The notes under the pieces are model-generated. The model ran no database searches. It was not told where the DNA came from and was given only the letters and a program-made list of their open reading frames with translations. A stretch of 29,859 nt of DNA from Verrucomicrobiota bacterium (GTDB lineage Bacteria; Verrucomicrobiota; Verrucomicrobiia; Verrucomicrobiales; DEV007). Each line of letters opens with the position of its first letter. Position 1 is the first letter of the stretch. The stretch covers positions 1 to 29,859 of the forward strand of contig JASFYY010000031.1 of the NCBI GenBank assembly GCA_045046875.1, written 5' to 3'. Position numbers and translations under genes: made by a program. Below, in pieces: positions 1-7,768 of this stretch.

Positions 1-1413
1 ACCTCCGATCAACCACTCCGATCCCCATTGAGCCAAAAACCAAACCCCGACCCCCATGATAGCACTAGCTATCAACATACCGGTCAGACGCTTGCTAAAG
101 CCGCTTTGCAGTTTCAAAAATTGCGATTTTTTCAGAGTGATCATCAGTAAAATCACATTGACCCAACCTGCAATCGAAGTTGCCAGGGCACAGCCTACAT
201 GTTTCAGCATTAGGAACAAAACGATGCTCAACCCAATATTGGCCACCGCTGATACCATGGTATATCTCATTGGGGTTTTGGTATCCTCACGAGCGAAGAA
301 GGCCGTTTGTAAAACCCGGGCAAGAATGTAAGCAGGTGCCCCAATCGCAAATGCGCGCAATGCCAATCCGGATTGATGCGCCGCTTCGCTGGTGAATTTA
401 CCGCCTTGAAACAAACCATGCATGATTTCTTCCGGTATCACAATCATCGCCACCATGGCTGGCAGACTTAACAATAGGGACATTTCTATTCCATGCGCCA
501 GTGAGGTCTCGGCTAGTTTTTCTTTCCCCGCCCTGAGGTTTCTGGTGATCTCCGGTAACAAAACAATGCCAAAAGCAACGCCGATCAAACCTAAAGGAAG
601 TTGGTTCACCCGGTCTGAAAAATAGAGGTATGAAGGGCCACTGTCTTGATATGAGGCCACCGACTGTCCAACCAGTAAATTGATTTGTTGGATACCTGCG
701 CTGGCCAAACCCGGCAACATAAGAATGCCCAGTTTTTTGGTGTCACCATCTAGTTTAGGCAAAGCAGGGCGAATGCGAATACCTCGTTTGCGACAGGCAA
801 GTAACACCCAGCCCAACTGCAACACCCCGGCGACCACCACGGACCAGGATAATACCACCTCAGGGTGACCTATCTTTGGCACTACCACAAACAGGCCTAT
901 CAGAAATACAATATTAAGAATCACGTAAGCAAAAGCCGGCGGACCAAACACACGTCGACTATTCAACATGCCGCTGAAGGCCGCCATCAGGCACACAAAA
1001 ATCAGATACACGGTGGTGATTCTGGACAAATAAACGGTCAGCGCCAATTTCTCTCCAGTGAAACCACGAGCCGCCACATGCCGAGTCAGTGGCTCCATGA
1101 AAATGAAAGCCAGAACGGCAATCACAATCAAAATCAAAGTCATCAAAGTGACCGTTCGCGCAGCAAAAATATCTGCCGAACTCGAACCCTCCTCTTCCAA
1201 TTTTCGACTATACAGCGGCACAAAAGCCGCATTGAATGCGCCCTCCCCGAAAATCCTCCGGAATAAATTCGGAAAACGAAAAGCCACCACCCAGGCATCC
1301 ATTTGGATCCCCACCCCGAGGTAGCGTGATATCACCATGTCACGAACGAAACCCAGCACCCGGCTCATCAAGGTGAAACCACCCACGGTTGCTAATGATC
1401 GCATCATTCCCAT
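1..1413 (-). CDS. murJ: Lipid II flippase MurJ/MviN (3' end runs off the window)
   Basis: Not in the ORF track because there is no stop in the window. Manual translation from ATG at 1413 gives MGMMRSLATVGGFTLMSRVLGFVRDMVISRYLG...AFRFPNLFRRIFGEGAFNAAFVP..., and later DRVNQLPLGLIGVAFGIVLLP and FFAREDTKTPM. These are MurJ signature motifs. Confidence 0.95.
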   Translation of the reverse strand, partial: MGMMRSLATVGGFTLMSRVLGFVRDMVISRYLGVGIQMDAWVVAFRFPNLFRRIFGEGAFNAAFVPLYSRKLEEEGSSSADIFAARTVTLMTLILIVIAVLAFIFMEPLTRHVAARGFTGEKLALTVYLSRITTVYLIFVCLMAAFSGMLNSRRVFGPPAFAYVILNIVFLIGLFVVVPKIGHPEVVLSWSVVVAGVLQLGWVLLACRKRGIRIRPALPKLDGDTKKLGILMLPGLASAGIQQINLLVGQSVASYQDSGPSYLYFSDRVNQLPLGLIGVAFGIVLLPEITRNLRAGKEKLAETSLAHGIEMSLLLSLPAMVAMIVIPEEIMHGLFQGGKFTSEAAHQSGLALRAFAIGAPAYILARVLQTAFFAREDTKTPMRYTMVSAVANIGLSIVLFLMLKHVGCALATSIAGWVNVILLMITLKKSQFLKLQSGFSKRLTGMLIASAIMGVGVWFLAQWGSEWLIGG

Positions 1414-1518
1414 AATTTCTATCTAGCTGCTATCTCTACGAATGTGTTTCACTCTTTCTTTCACTAGAAAGATTTGCTCATCACCTAACGGGAAAGCTCT
1501 CGCCCTTTTCCCGTGCCG

Positions 1519-2559
1519 CTAATCCTTGATCGATGCCCGTTGCAGCCGCTCCATGATCGCGGCCCCTGCCCCAAAAGTAGAAACCGGTTCGGCGATAATT
1601 TCGTCCATGCCGGATTCGTCCAATTTACGCAACAAATAAAAGAATCGCAGCGCGGCTTCTACGGTTTTCCCCGAACCGGGGCTCAAGACTTCGATTCTTT
1701 CCCAGTGATACAAATTGGTGTAACCGTCTTTTTTCTTTCCCCGATAACTTAACAGACCATAGCGCTTTTCAGGGTCACGCTTGAAATCCTGCGGTTTGCT
1801 CAACAAACGCAGTGGTGTGGTCGGCGCGTAGTGGCTGGCTAATAAACCCGGGGCCTCGGGTGCATTCTCCGACACCGCGTCATTGCTGACGATCTCGATT
1901 TTTCCATAACGTTTCAACTCATCCGCACTGATAGGTCCGGTGCGCAAGATCCGGAAAGTGGCTTTGCCTTTACCCTGCGGCGCTACCACTTGCACAATCG
2001 TGGATTCCAAACCTCTGGCACAGGCCCCGCCATCCACCACCAGGGGAATACGCCCATCGAGCTCGCTCATCACTGCTTCGGCCGAAGTGGGGCTGATACG
2101 TCCAAAACGATTGGCGCTTGGCGCTGCCAGAGGTCGACCCAGTTTTTCTACGACTTTAGCAAAAATATCATGATTGCTGCAGCGCACGCCAATAGTAGGC
2201 AAACCCGCGCTTACGATATCGGGCACTTTTTCATTTTTTGGCAAAATCAAAGTCAAAGGTCCCGGCCAGAACAATTCGGTCAGAGTGCGGATGGTCTTGC
2301 GCAACTCCTCCGGCACATCCGCTACTTCACGCAGAGCCTTCTGGCCAGAGATGTGAACGATCAGCGGATCAAAGCTCGGCCTTTCTTTGGCCTCATATAT
2401 TTTTGCCACCGCTTCAGCATTAAAGGCGTCGGCCGCCAGACCATAAACGGTCTCGGTAGGCAAGGCCACCACTCCACCTGCCTGCAACTCTGTCACTGCC
2501 TGCTTCACCGCGAGTTCAGTCGCTTCATCGGTATCGGTTCTGACGATTTCTGTGTTCAT
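1519..2559 (-). CDS. tsaC: L-threonylcarbamoyladenylate synthase, long Sua5 type (YrdC plus C-terminal SUA5 domain)
   Basis: VALPTETVYGL, K.RP..PLIVH, FWPGPLT, APSANRFG and the linker APG...HYAP motif. Confidence 0.95.
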   Translation of the reverse strand: MNTEIVRTDTDEATELAVKQAVTELQAGGVVALPTETVYGLAADAFNAEAVAKIYEAKERPSFDPLIVHISGQKALREVADVPEELRKTIRTLTELFWPGPLTLILPKNEKVPDIVSAGLPTIGVRCSNHDIFAKVVEKLGRPLAAPSANRFGRISPTSAEAVMSELDGRIPLVVDGGACARGLESTIVQVVAPQGKGKATFRILRTGPISADELKRYGKIEIVSNDAVSENAPEAPGLLASHYAPTTPLRLLSKPQDFKRDPEKRYGLLSYRGKKKDGYTNLYHWERIEVLSPGSGKTVEAALRFFYLLRKLDESGMDEIIAEPVSTFGAGAAIMERLQRASIKD

Positions 2560-2688
2560 GAATGCCTTTTTTTCAAAATATATTTAATATTCAAAGCCTG
2601 CGCTTGTATTTACGGCAGTTTTCTGGTTCAAATTCGCATCGTAGTGGTTAAGGTCAATGTCAAACCGACACGCTTTATTTTTACTTTC

Positions 2689-3255
2689 ATGCCTGATTCT
2701 CCATCCAGCAAATGCGCCGACAATCAAACACGTCGATGCAATGTCATTCTCATCGGCTTCATGGGCACCGGCAAGACATCAATCGGCAAGCGGGTAGCCC
2801 AAAGTCTGGGTTTTGCTTTTGTCGATACTGACGAGCTGATTGTCGAATCATCAGGAAAAGCCATCACTGAAATCTTTGCTGACGAAGGAGAGGATTATTT
2901 TCGCGATCTCGAAACCCAAAGCCTGCGTGATTGCCAACAGCGCAGCCAGCAGGTCATTTCCACCGGTGGTGGTATCATTCTACGTGAAGAAAACCGCAAG
3001 CTTCTCGCTGATTGCGGTTATGTCATCTGGCTTAAGGCCTCCGCCAGCGACATCCTCGAGCGTATATCGAGAAATCAGGAACGGCCGCTTTTGCAAACCG
3101 TAAACCCCCTGCAGACTATTAAGGGCATGTTGCAAGATCGCAGTGATTTATACGCCGCCAGTGCTGATTTTGAGATCGACACCGACGAGCTCTCTCTCGA
3201 CGAAACTTCTTTCGGCATCTGTGAAAGCGCACGGGTTATATTCGGCAATCAATAA
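2689..3255 (+). CDS. aroK: Shikimate kinase
   Basis: P-loop GFMGTGKT, D.D, GEDYFR, STGGG and RPLL motifs. Start placed at ATG 2689 (MPDSP...), in frame with ORF 1990..3255. Confidence 0.93.
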   Translation: MPDSPSSKCADNQTRRCNVILIGFMGTGKTSIGKRVAQSLGFAFVDTDELIVESSGKAITEIFADEGEDYFRDLETQSLRDCQQRSQQVISTGGGIILREENRKLLADCGYVIWLKASASDILERISRNQERPLLQTVNPLQTIKGMLQDRSDLYAASADFEIDTDELSLDETSFGICESARVIFGNQ

Positions 3256-3292
3256 CTCAAGCCCCCCCTTCATCGAAATTTCTAAAAAATAT

Positions 3293-3321
3293 ATGACAAA
3301 AATAAGTTATATGTGTAATAT
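3293..3321 (+). promoter_or_regulatory. Candidate sigma-70 promoter of the dsrE-tusA-sqr operon
   Basis: ATGACA-N17-TAATAT in an AT-rich intergenic region 30 nt upstream of the dsrE ATG. Confidence 0.4.
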
Positions 3322-3350
3322 GACCATACAGCAATAAACCAAGTAATATT

Positions 3351-3767
3351 ATGAGTGAAGAAAAAATGTCAATCGTGTTGTTTTCGGGAACCGTGGATAA
3401 ACTGATGGCAGCCAGCATCATCGCAGTGGGTGCCTCTGCCATGGGAAAAAAAGTCACCGTTTTCCTAACTTTTTATGGATTAATGGCCTTTCGTAAAGGG
3501 GATTGGCAGACCAATACCAGGTTCAGCAAGGATTTCGAAGAAATGGCCGAACCTGCCATGGCAGCGATGAAAGAGAAAAATGTGCCCAACTGGATGAACA
3601 TGCTCAACGATGCCGCAGAAGTGGGTGATCTGACGATCAAAGCTTGCGGAATGACAATGGATTTGTTTGGAATAGAGATGGAACACCTCGAGCCCATCGT
3701 GGAAGAAGTCACCGGTGTAGGAACTTTTGTTCAGGATGCCGAAGGCGGACAAACGATGTTCATCTAA
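3351..3767 (+). CDS. dsrE: DsrE/DsrF/DrsH-like (DsrE2-type) sulfur carrier
   Basis: SIVLFSGT.DK, A.AMG..V.VF.TF.GL, conserved Cys in KACGMTMDLFG, and C-terminal GV.TF...A.....FI. Confidence 0.9.
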   Translation: MSEEKMSIVLFSGTVDKLMAASIIAVGASAMGKKVTVFLTFYGLMAFRKGDWQTNTRFSKDFEEMAEPAMAAMKEKNVPNWMNMLNDAAEVGDLTIKACGMTMDLFGIEMEHLEPIVEEVTGVGTFVQDAEGGQTMFI

Positions 3768-3796
3768 TCAAACTTCAATACTACCAAGGATAAATC

Positions 3797-4036
3797 ATGG
3801 AAAATGTAGAAATCACTAAAGAAAGTGACGCCCGGGGCAGCTTTTGCCCCGGCCCGTTGATGGAACTGATCCGGATGGTGCGCGACGCCGAAGTCGGCGA
3901 TGTGCTTGCCGTCATCTCCAGCGATGCCGGAAGCCAAAAGGATCTGCCGGCCTGGGTTGCCAAAGCCAAACACGAGCTTCTGGGACAAGAAGATTTCGAA
4001 GGGGCTGTTCGTTTCATCATCAAAAAATCCCACTAA
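3797..4036 (+). CDS. tusA: TusA/SirA-family sulfurtransferase
   Basis: 79 aa with the D.RG..CPGP active-site motif. AAGGA RBS upstream. Confidence 0.92.
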   Translation: MENVEITKESDARGSFCPGPLMELIRMVRDAEVGDVLAVISSDAGSQKDLPAWVAKAKHELLGQEDFEGAVRFIIKKSH

Positions 4037-5176
4037 ATGAAAAACATTATCATTATCGGAGGAGGCACCGGCGGTTGTATCGTTGCCAATCTATTGGCAA
4101 AAAAACTCGATTCTGATGAGGCAAAGATCACTGTCATCAGTGCATCTGAGCAGCATCATTATCAACCTGGCTGGCTCTACGTACCTTTTGCGCGTGAAGA
4201 TGCCCGTTCACTGACACGCCCGGTCCGCGACTTGCTAAAAAAGCAGATCAACTTGTTGATCGGCAAAGTGAAAAAACTCGATGATGGTAATCACCAGGTG
4301 ATCCTTGAAAACGGGGATACGGTTTCTTATGACTACCTCGTCATCGCAACCGGCTCCATTCCCTGTCCGGAGGACATCCCCGGGCTCAGCGAGGGAGGCA
4401 ATCACTTTTACACCGAAAAGGATTCTTTTGAACTCTATCAGATCCTACAGGAGTTCCGTGGTGGCAAAGTGGTGATTGGTGTTGGTGGACTGCCTTACAA
4501 ATGCCCTGTGGCTCCTTTGGAATTCACCTTTTTGTTCGAAGAATTTGTCAATGAAAAGGGCATCCGTGACAAAACGGATATCACTTATACTTTCCCGCTG
4601 AACGCCGTATTCAACATACCCAGTGTGGCCGAGGTCGCCGAACCGATCTTACAGGAACGCAACATCAACATCGAAACTTTTTTCAATCTGGAAGAAGTAA
4701 ATGCTGATGAAAAGAAAGCCCTCAGTTTGGAAGGAACAGAACTCGATTACGATCTGTTGATCATGATCCCGCCCCATCGTGGCGCACCTTTTTTACAAGG
4801 CCATGACATCGCCGATGCCAAGGGCTGGGTCAAAACCAACAAACAAAGCCTGCGAGCCGGTGACAGCAAAAACATCTGGGCGCTCGGTGATACCACCGAT
4901 ATCCCTATCAGCAAGGCCGGCAGCACGGCTCACTTTGAAGGCCCGGTGATCGCCAAACACATCATCGCCGACCTTCGGGGGGAAGAACTCGGTGAAGACT
5001 GTGTTTACGAAGGTCATGTGATGTGTTTCCTGGAAACAGGTTATAGCAAAGCCAGTATCATTGACTTTGACTACTCGGCCCCGCCGGTATTAAAAGCACC
5101 CAATGCGCTGATGCATTATCAAAAAATGGCTTTCAACAAAGCTTACTGGTATCTGATCCCGACGGCTACCATCTGA
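4037..5176 (+). CDS. sqr: Sulfide:quinone oxidoreductase-like FAD protein (type III-like)
   Basis: GGGTGG dinucleotide fold, HHYQPGW, DYLVIATG, YKCPVAP, ALGD, SKAGS.A and VMCFLETG, i.e. both putative catalytic Cys. Confidence 0.85.
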   Translation: MKNIIIIGGGTGGCIVANLLAKKLDSDEAKITVISASEQHHYQPGWLYVPFAREDARSLTRPVRDLLKKQINLLIGKVKKLDDGNHQVILENGDTVSYDYLVIATGSIPCPEDIPGLSEGGNHFYTEKDSFELYQILQEFRGGKVVIGVGGLPYKCPVAPLEFTFLFEEFVNEKGIRDKTDITYTFPLNAVFNIPSVAEVAEPILQERNINIETFFNLEEVNADEKKALSLEGTELDYDLLIMIPPHRGAPFLQGHDIADAKGWVKTNKQSLRAGDSKNIWALGDTTDIPISKAGSTAHFEGPVIAKHIIADLRGEELGEDCVYEGHVMCFLETGYSKASIIDFDYSAPPVLKAPNALMHYQKMAFNKAYWYLIPTATI

Positions 5177-5221
5177 ACCAGCGATCAAAGTTATGAAAAT
5201 TCACGCGGACAGCGTAGTTGG

Positions 5222-5260
5222 AAATCCCGCTATCTGAAGATAGCGGGATTTTTCATTTTT
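5222..5260 (+). terminator. Rho-independent terminator after sqr
   Basis: AAATCCCGCTATCT / AGATAGCGGGATTT perfect inverted repeat followed by a T-rich tract. Confidence 0.85.
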
Positions 5261-5343
5261 GTGTCAGATTTCCGCAAATACCCTTAAATCACTTGAACCC
5301 ATTAAATAGCTGTGTATCTATATAAATATACTTTATCTTTATT

Positions 5344-5577
5344 ATGAAACGAGAACATGTTCTAAGAGCGATCGCAGGATCTTTCATCCTTATCTCACTG
5401 ACTTTGGCGCATTACCACAGCCAAAACTGGTTGTGGTTCACTGCTTTTGTCGGCGCCAATCTGTTGCAGTCTTCTTTCACCCGTTGGTGCCTGATGGAAG
5501 ACATCCTGGCAAAACTGGGCGTCGGAAAAACCGGCGACTCCTGCTGCGCTAAAGAAAAAGACTCCTCACAAGCTTAA
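5344..5577 (+). CDS. DUF2892 (YgaP-like) small membrane protein
   Basis: R.LR.IAG..IL..L, W..F..FVGANL.QS.FT.WC.M signature with two hydrophobic helices. Confidence 0.88.
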   Translation: MKREHVLRAIAGSFILISLTLAHYHSQNWLWFTAFVGANLLQSSFTRWCLMEDILAKLGVGKTGDSCCAKEKDSSQA

Positions 5578-5604
5578 AAAGGGTTATCAGCTAGAAGGCT
5601 GGGA

Positions 5605-5896
5605 GAGGGTGCAGGACAAAAAAGTTAGCCATTGGTTATTGAAAGCTACCTTATCACCCATCAACATCATTCCGCCCTTTTAGGGCTGGTAATAAAACCG
5701 ATCTAACCCCAGCGCTTCGCACTGGGCTATCACATTTTGTCCTTTCAGGACAGTTTGCTTTCATCTCTTTTGCACCAACGGTGCTCAATGACATAGCCCA
5801 GTACGTAGCACTGGGTAAAAAACCCAATTCTTCCAGCCCTGCAAAGGGCGAAATTCACAGCGGTCAGCAGCCTTAACTATTTTGTCTTACAACCCC
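5605..5896. mobile_element. Non-autonomous MITE/REPIN-like nested inverted-repeat element
   Basis: Imperfect terminal inverted repeats at 5605-5628 and 5873-5896 (18/24 match) enclose mirrored hairpin sets 5673-5689/5833-5850, 5708-5730/5793-5815 and 5739-5751/5772-5784. No ORF. Confidence 0.65.
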
Positions 5897-5951
5897 TAGA
5901 AGTCTGACTGGCACCCCGTCCTGCATAAACAGAGCTTGCCTCTCCTTATAA

Positions 5952-5982
5952 CAGGCTCCCTTACTGACGTCGTAAGGCCTAC
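5952..5982 (-). repeat. GTAG-type REP-like palindrome
   Basis: Minus strand reads GTAG-GCCTTACGACGTCAGTAAGG-GAGCCTG, a GTAG tetranucleotide followed by an imperfect palindrome. Confidence 0.4.
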
Positions 5983-6090
5983 ACGCGGTGTGAACAAATA
6001 TGGAAATTTGTTCTACGTTTTACTGCGCCGCCCCTCCCCCTCGGGATTGATTTATCCAACAAACCCAGGTTTTTTGCTATTTCTGGGAAC

Positions 6091-6108
6091 TTGGCACGCG
6101 GCCTGCTA
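6091..6108 (+). promoter_or_regulatory. Sigma-54 (-24/-12) promoter of amtB
   Basis: TTGGCACGCGGCCTGCTA has GG(6093-94)-N10-GC(6105-06) and is near consensus TGGCACG-N4-TTGC. It lies upstream of a nitrogen-uptake gene. Confidence 0.8.
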
Positions 6109-6197
6109 TTTCTGAATTGAACTCATCGTTTCAGTCGGCGCATAAGTGCCTACGGGCTTTGAATCAACTATCTCAAAAACACAAACCAAAACAAACA

Positions 6198-7640
6198 ATG
6201 ATAATCACTGCACGAACGTGGCTCTGGGTCACCATGGCGGCCCTCTTAATGATGTCGGTCGGAAATTCAATCGCACAAGATGCCGCCGAGCCCGCCAAAG
6301 CTCCTGAAGCAGCGGCTGCTGCAGATGCTAAAACGGCAGATGCTCCTGCTACGGAAGCAGTGGTCACCAGTGCCTACAGCACCGACGCTGATAACAAAGC
6401 CACCGAAGCTGTCGAATCCTTGGCCCTGTTCACGGTAAACAACCTGTGGATCTGCATCGCAGCCGCCTTGGTGTTCATCATGCACTTGGGATTCGCCACT
6501 TTGGAAAGTGGTCTGACCCAGTCTAAAAACACCGTCAACATCCTGTTCAAAAACGTCTGGATCATCACCAGTGGCATCTTGCTCTACGCTTTCTGGGGTT
6601 TCAACTCAATGTATCCCGGGGACGGTAACGGAATGATCGAAAACTACTTCGCCATGGGCAGTTGGTTTGCCGCAGATCTCAATGATCCAGCCAACTCTTC
6701 GGCTGCTTACAACGCCGGCTACACCTGGTGGGGTGACTTCATCTTCCAGGCCATGTTCGCCGCCACCGCTGCTACCATCGTTTCCGGTGCGGTTGCTGAA
6801 CGTGTCAAACTTTCCACCTTCATGATCTTTGCGGTCATTCTGGTTGGTTTTTTCTACCCTATCACCGGTTACTGGAAATGGGGCGGTGGCTGGCTTGATG
6901 ACATGGGTTTCTATGACTTCGCCGGTTCATCCGTTGTGCATGCCTTTGGTGGTTTTGCTGCTCTGGCCTGTGTATTGATCCTCGGACCTCGTAAAGGCAA
7001 ATACACCAAAAACGGTATCAAACCTATTATCGGTCACAGCATGCCGCTGGCCACCATCGGAGTATTTTTGCTCTGGCTCGGTTGGTTCGGTTTCAATGGT
7101 GGTTCAGCTCTCAGCGCTGACCCCAAAGCAGTTTCCTACGTTTTTGTCACCACATCTCTCGGAGCTTGTGGCGGCGCCATCGCAGCGATTTTTGCTTCGA
7201 TGATCATTTTGAAAAAACCCGACCTTTCCATGGCGCTTAACGGCATCCTGGCTGGACTTGTGGGGATCACCGCTGGCGCGGATACCGTTTCCGAACTCAA
7301 CTCGATCATCATCGGGGCAATCTCAGGACTGTTGATTTTTGCCGCGATTCTCATCATCGACAAACTCAAAATCGATGATCCCGTGGGCGCGATTTCCGTT
7401 CACGGCATCGGCGGTGTGTGGGGAACGATTGCAGTAGGCATCTTCTCTTTCAATCCTGAGCACACGGTAGTCACTCAGGTGATCGGCACCGCAGCCATCA
7501 GCGCTTTTGCCTTCATCGCAGCAGGCGGAACTTTCTTCATCCTCAAAATGATCATGGGTGTGCGAGTCAGTGCAGAAGAAGAACACGAAGGACTGGACGT
7601 GGCCGAGCACGGTTCACCCGCTTACAATCTGCACATGTAA
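6198..7640 (+). CDS. amtB: Ammonium transporter with N-terminal signal peptide and Ala-rich linker
   Basis: FQAMFA, SGAVAER, DFAGSSVVH, GWFGFNGG, DDPVGAISVHG (twin His, Phe gate) and C-terminal EE..GLD..EHG. Start moved to ATG 6198 because TTG 6117 lies at about the predicted sigma-54 transcription start. Confidence 0.96.
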   Translation: MIITARTWLWVTMAALLMMSVGNSIAQDAAEPAKAPEAAAAADAKTADAPATEAVVTSAYSTDADNKATEAVESLALFTVNNLWICIAAALVFIMHLGFATLESGLTQSKNTVNILFKNVWIITSGILLYAFWGFNSMYPGDGNGMIENYFAMGSWFAADLNDPANSSAAYNAGYTWWGDFIFQAMFAATAATIVSGAVAERVKLSTFMIFAVILVGFFYPITGYWKWGGGWLDDMGFYDFAGSSVVHAFGGFAALACVLILGPRKGKYTKNGIKPIIGHSMPLATIGVFLLWLGWFGFNGGSALSADPKAVSYVFVTTSLGACGGAIAAIFASMIILKKPDLSMALNGILAGLVGITAGADTVSELNSIIIGAISGLLIFAAILIIDKLKIDDPVGAISVHGIGGVWGTIAVGIFSFNPEHTVVTQVIGTAAISAFAFIAAGGTFFILKMIMGVRVSAEEEHEGLDVAEHGSPAYNLHM

Positions 7641-7672
7641 GTTGCAGACAGAGTTTTCTCACTAATGGTTAG

Positions 7673-7714
7673 AACCCTCGTCCGGCGCAAGCCGGGCGGG
7701 GGTTTTTTCTTTTT
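7673..7714 (+). terminator. Rho-independent terminator after amtB
   Basis: AACCCTCGTCCGGC-GCAA-GCCGGGCGGGGGTT stem-loop followed by a T-tract. Confidence 0.85.
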
Positions 7715-7768
7715 ACAAAAGCCCGCTTATTTCGTAACTTCTCTATTCTCGACAAAAACAGCCACATT

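Noticed and set aside
1990..2688. 421-aa ORF suggesting a long N-terminal fusion to shikimate kinase
   Set aside because: The extension is antisense to tsaC and spans the intergenic region. Kinase motifs begin only after ATG 2689.
5771..5785. TGCACCAACGGTGC resembling an NtrC box upstream of amtB
   Set aside because: Spacing is GCAC-N5-GTGC rather than N7, and the sequence is explained as hairpin C' of the palindromic element.
5605..5896. Possible CRISPR array
   Set aside because: The repeats are inverted and heterogeneous, not identical direct repeats with regular spacers, and there are no cas genes.
6117..6197. Longer amtB N-terminus from TTG 6117
   Set aside because: It coincides with the predicted sigma-54 transcription start. 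ATG 6198 gives a sensible signal peptide.
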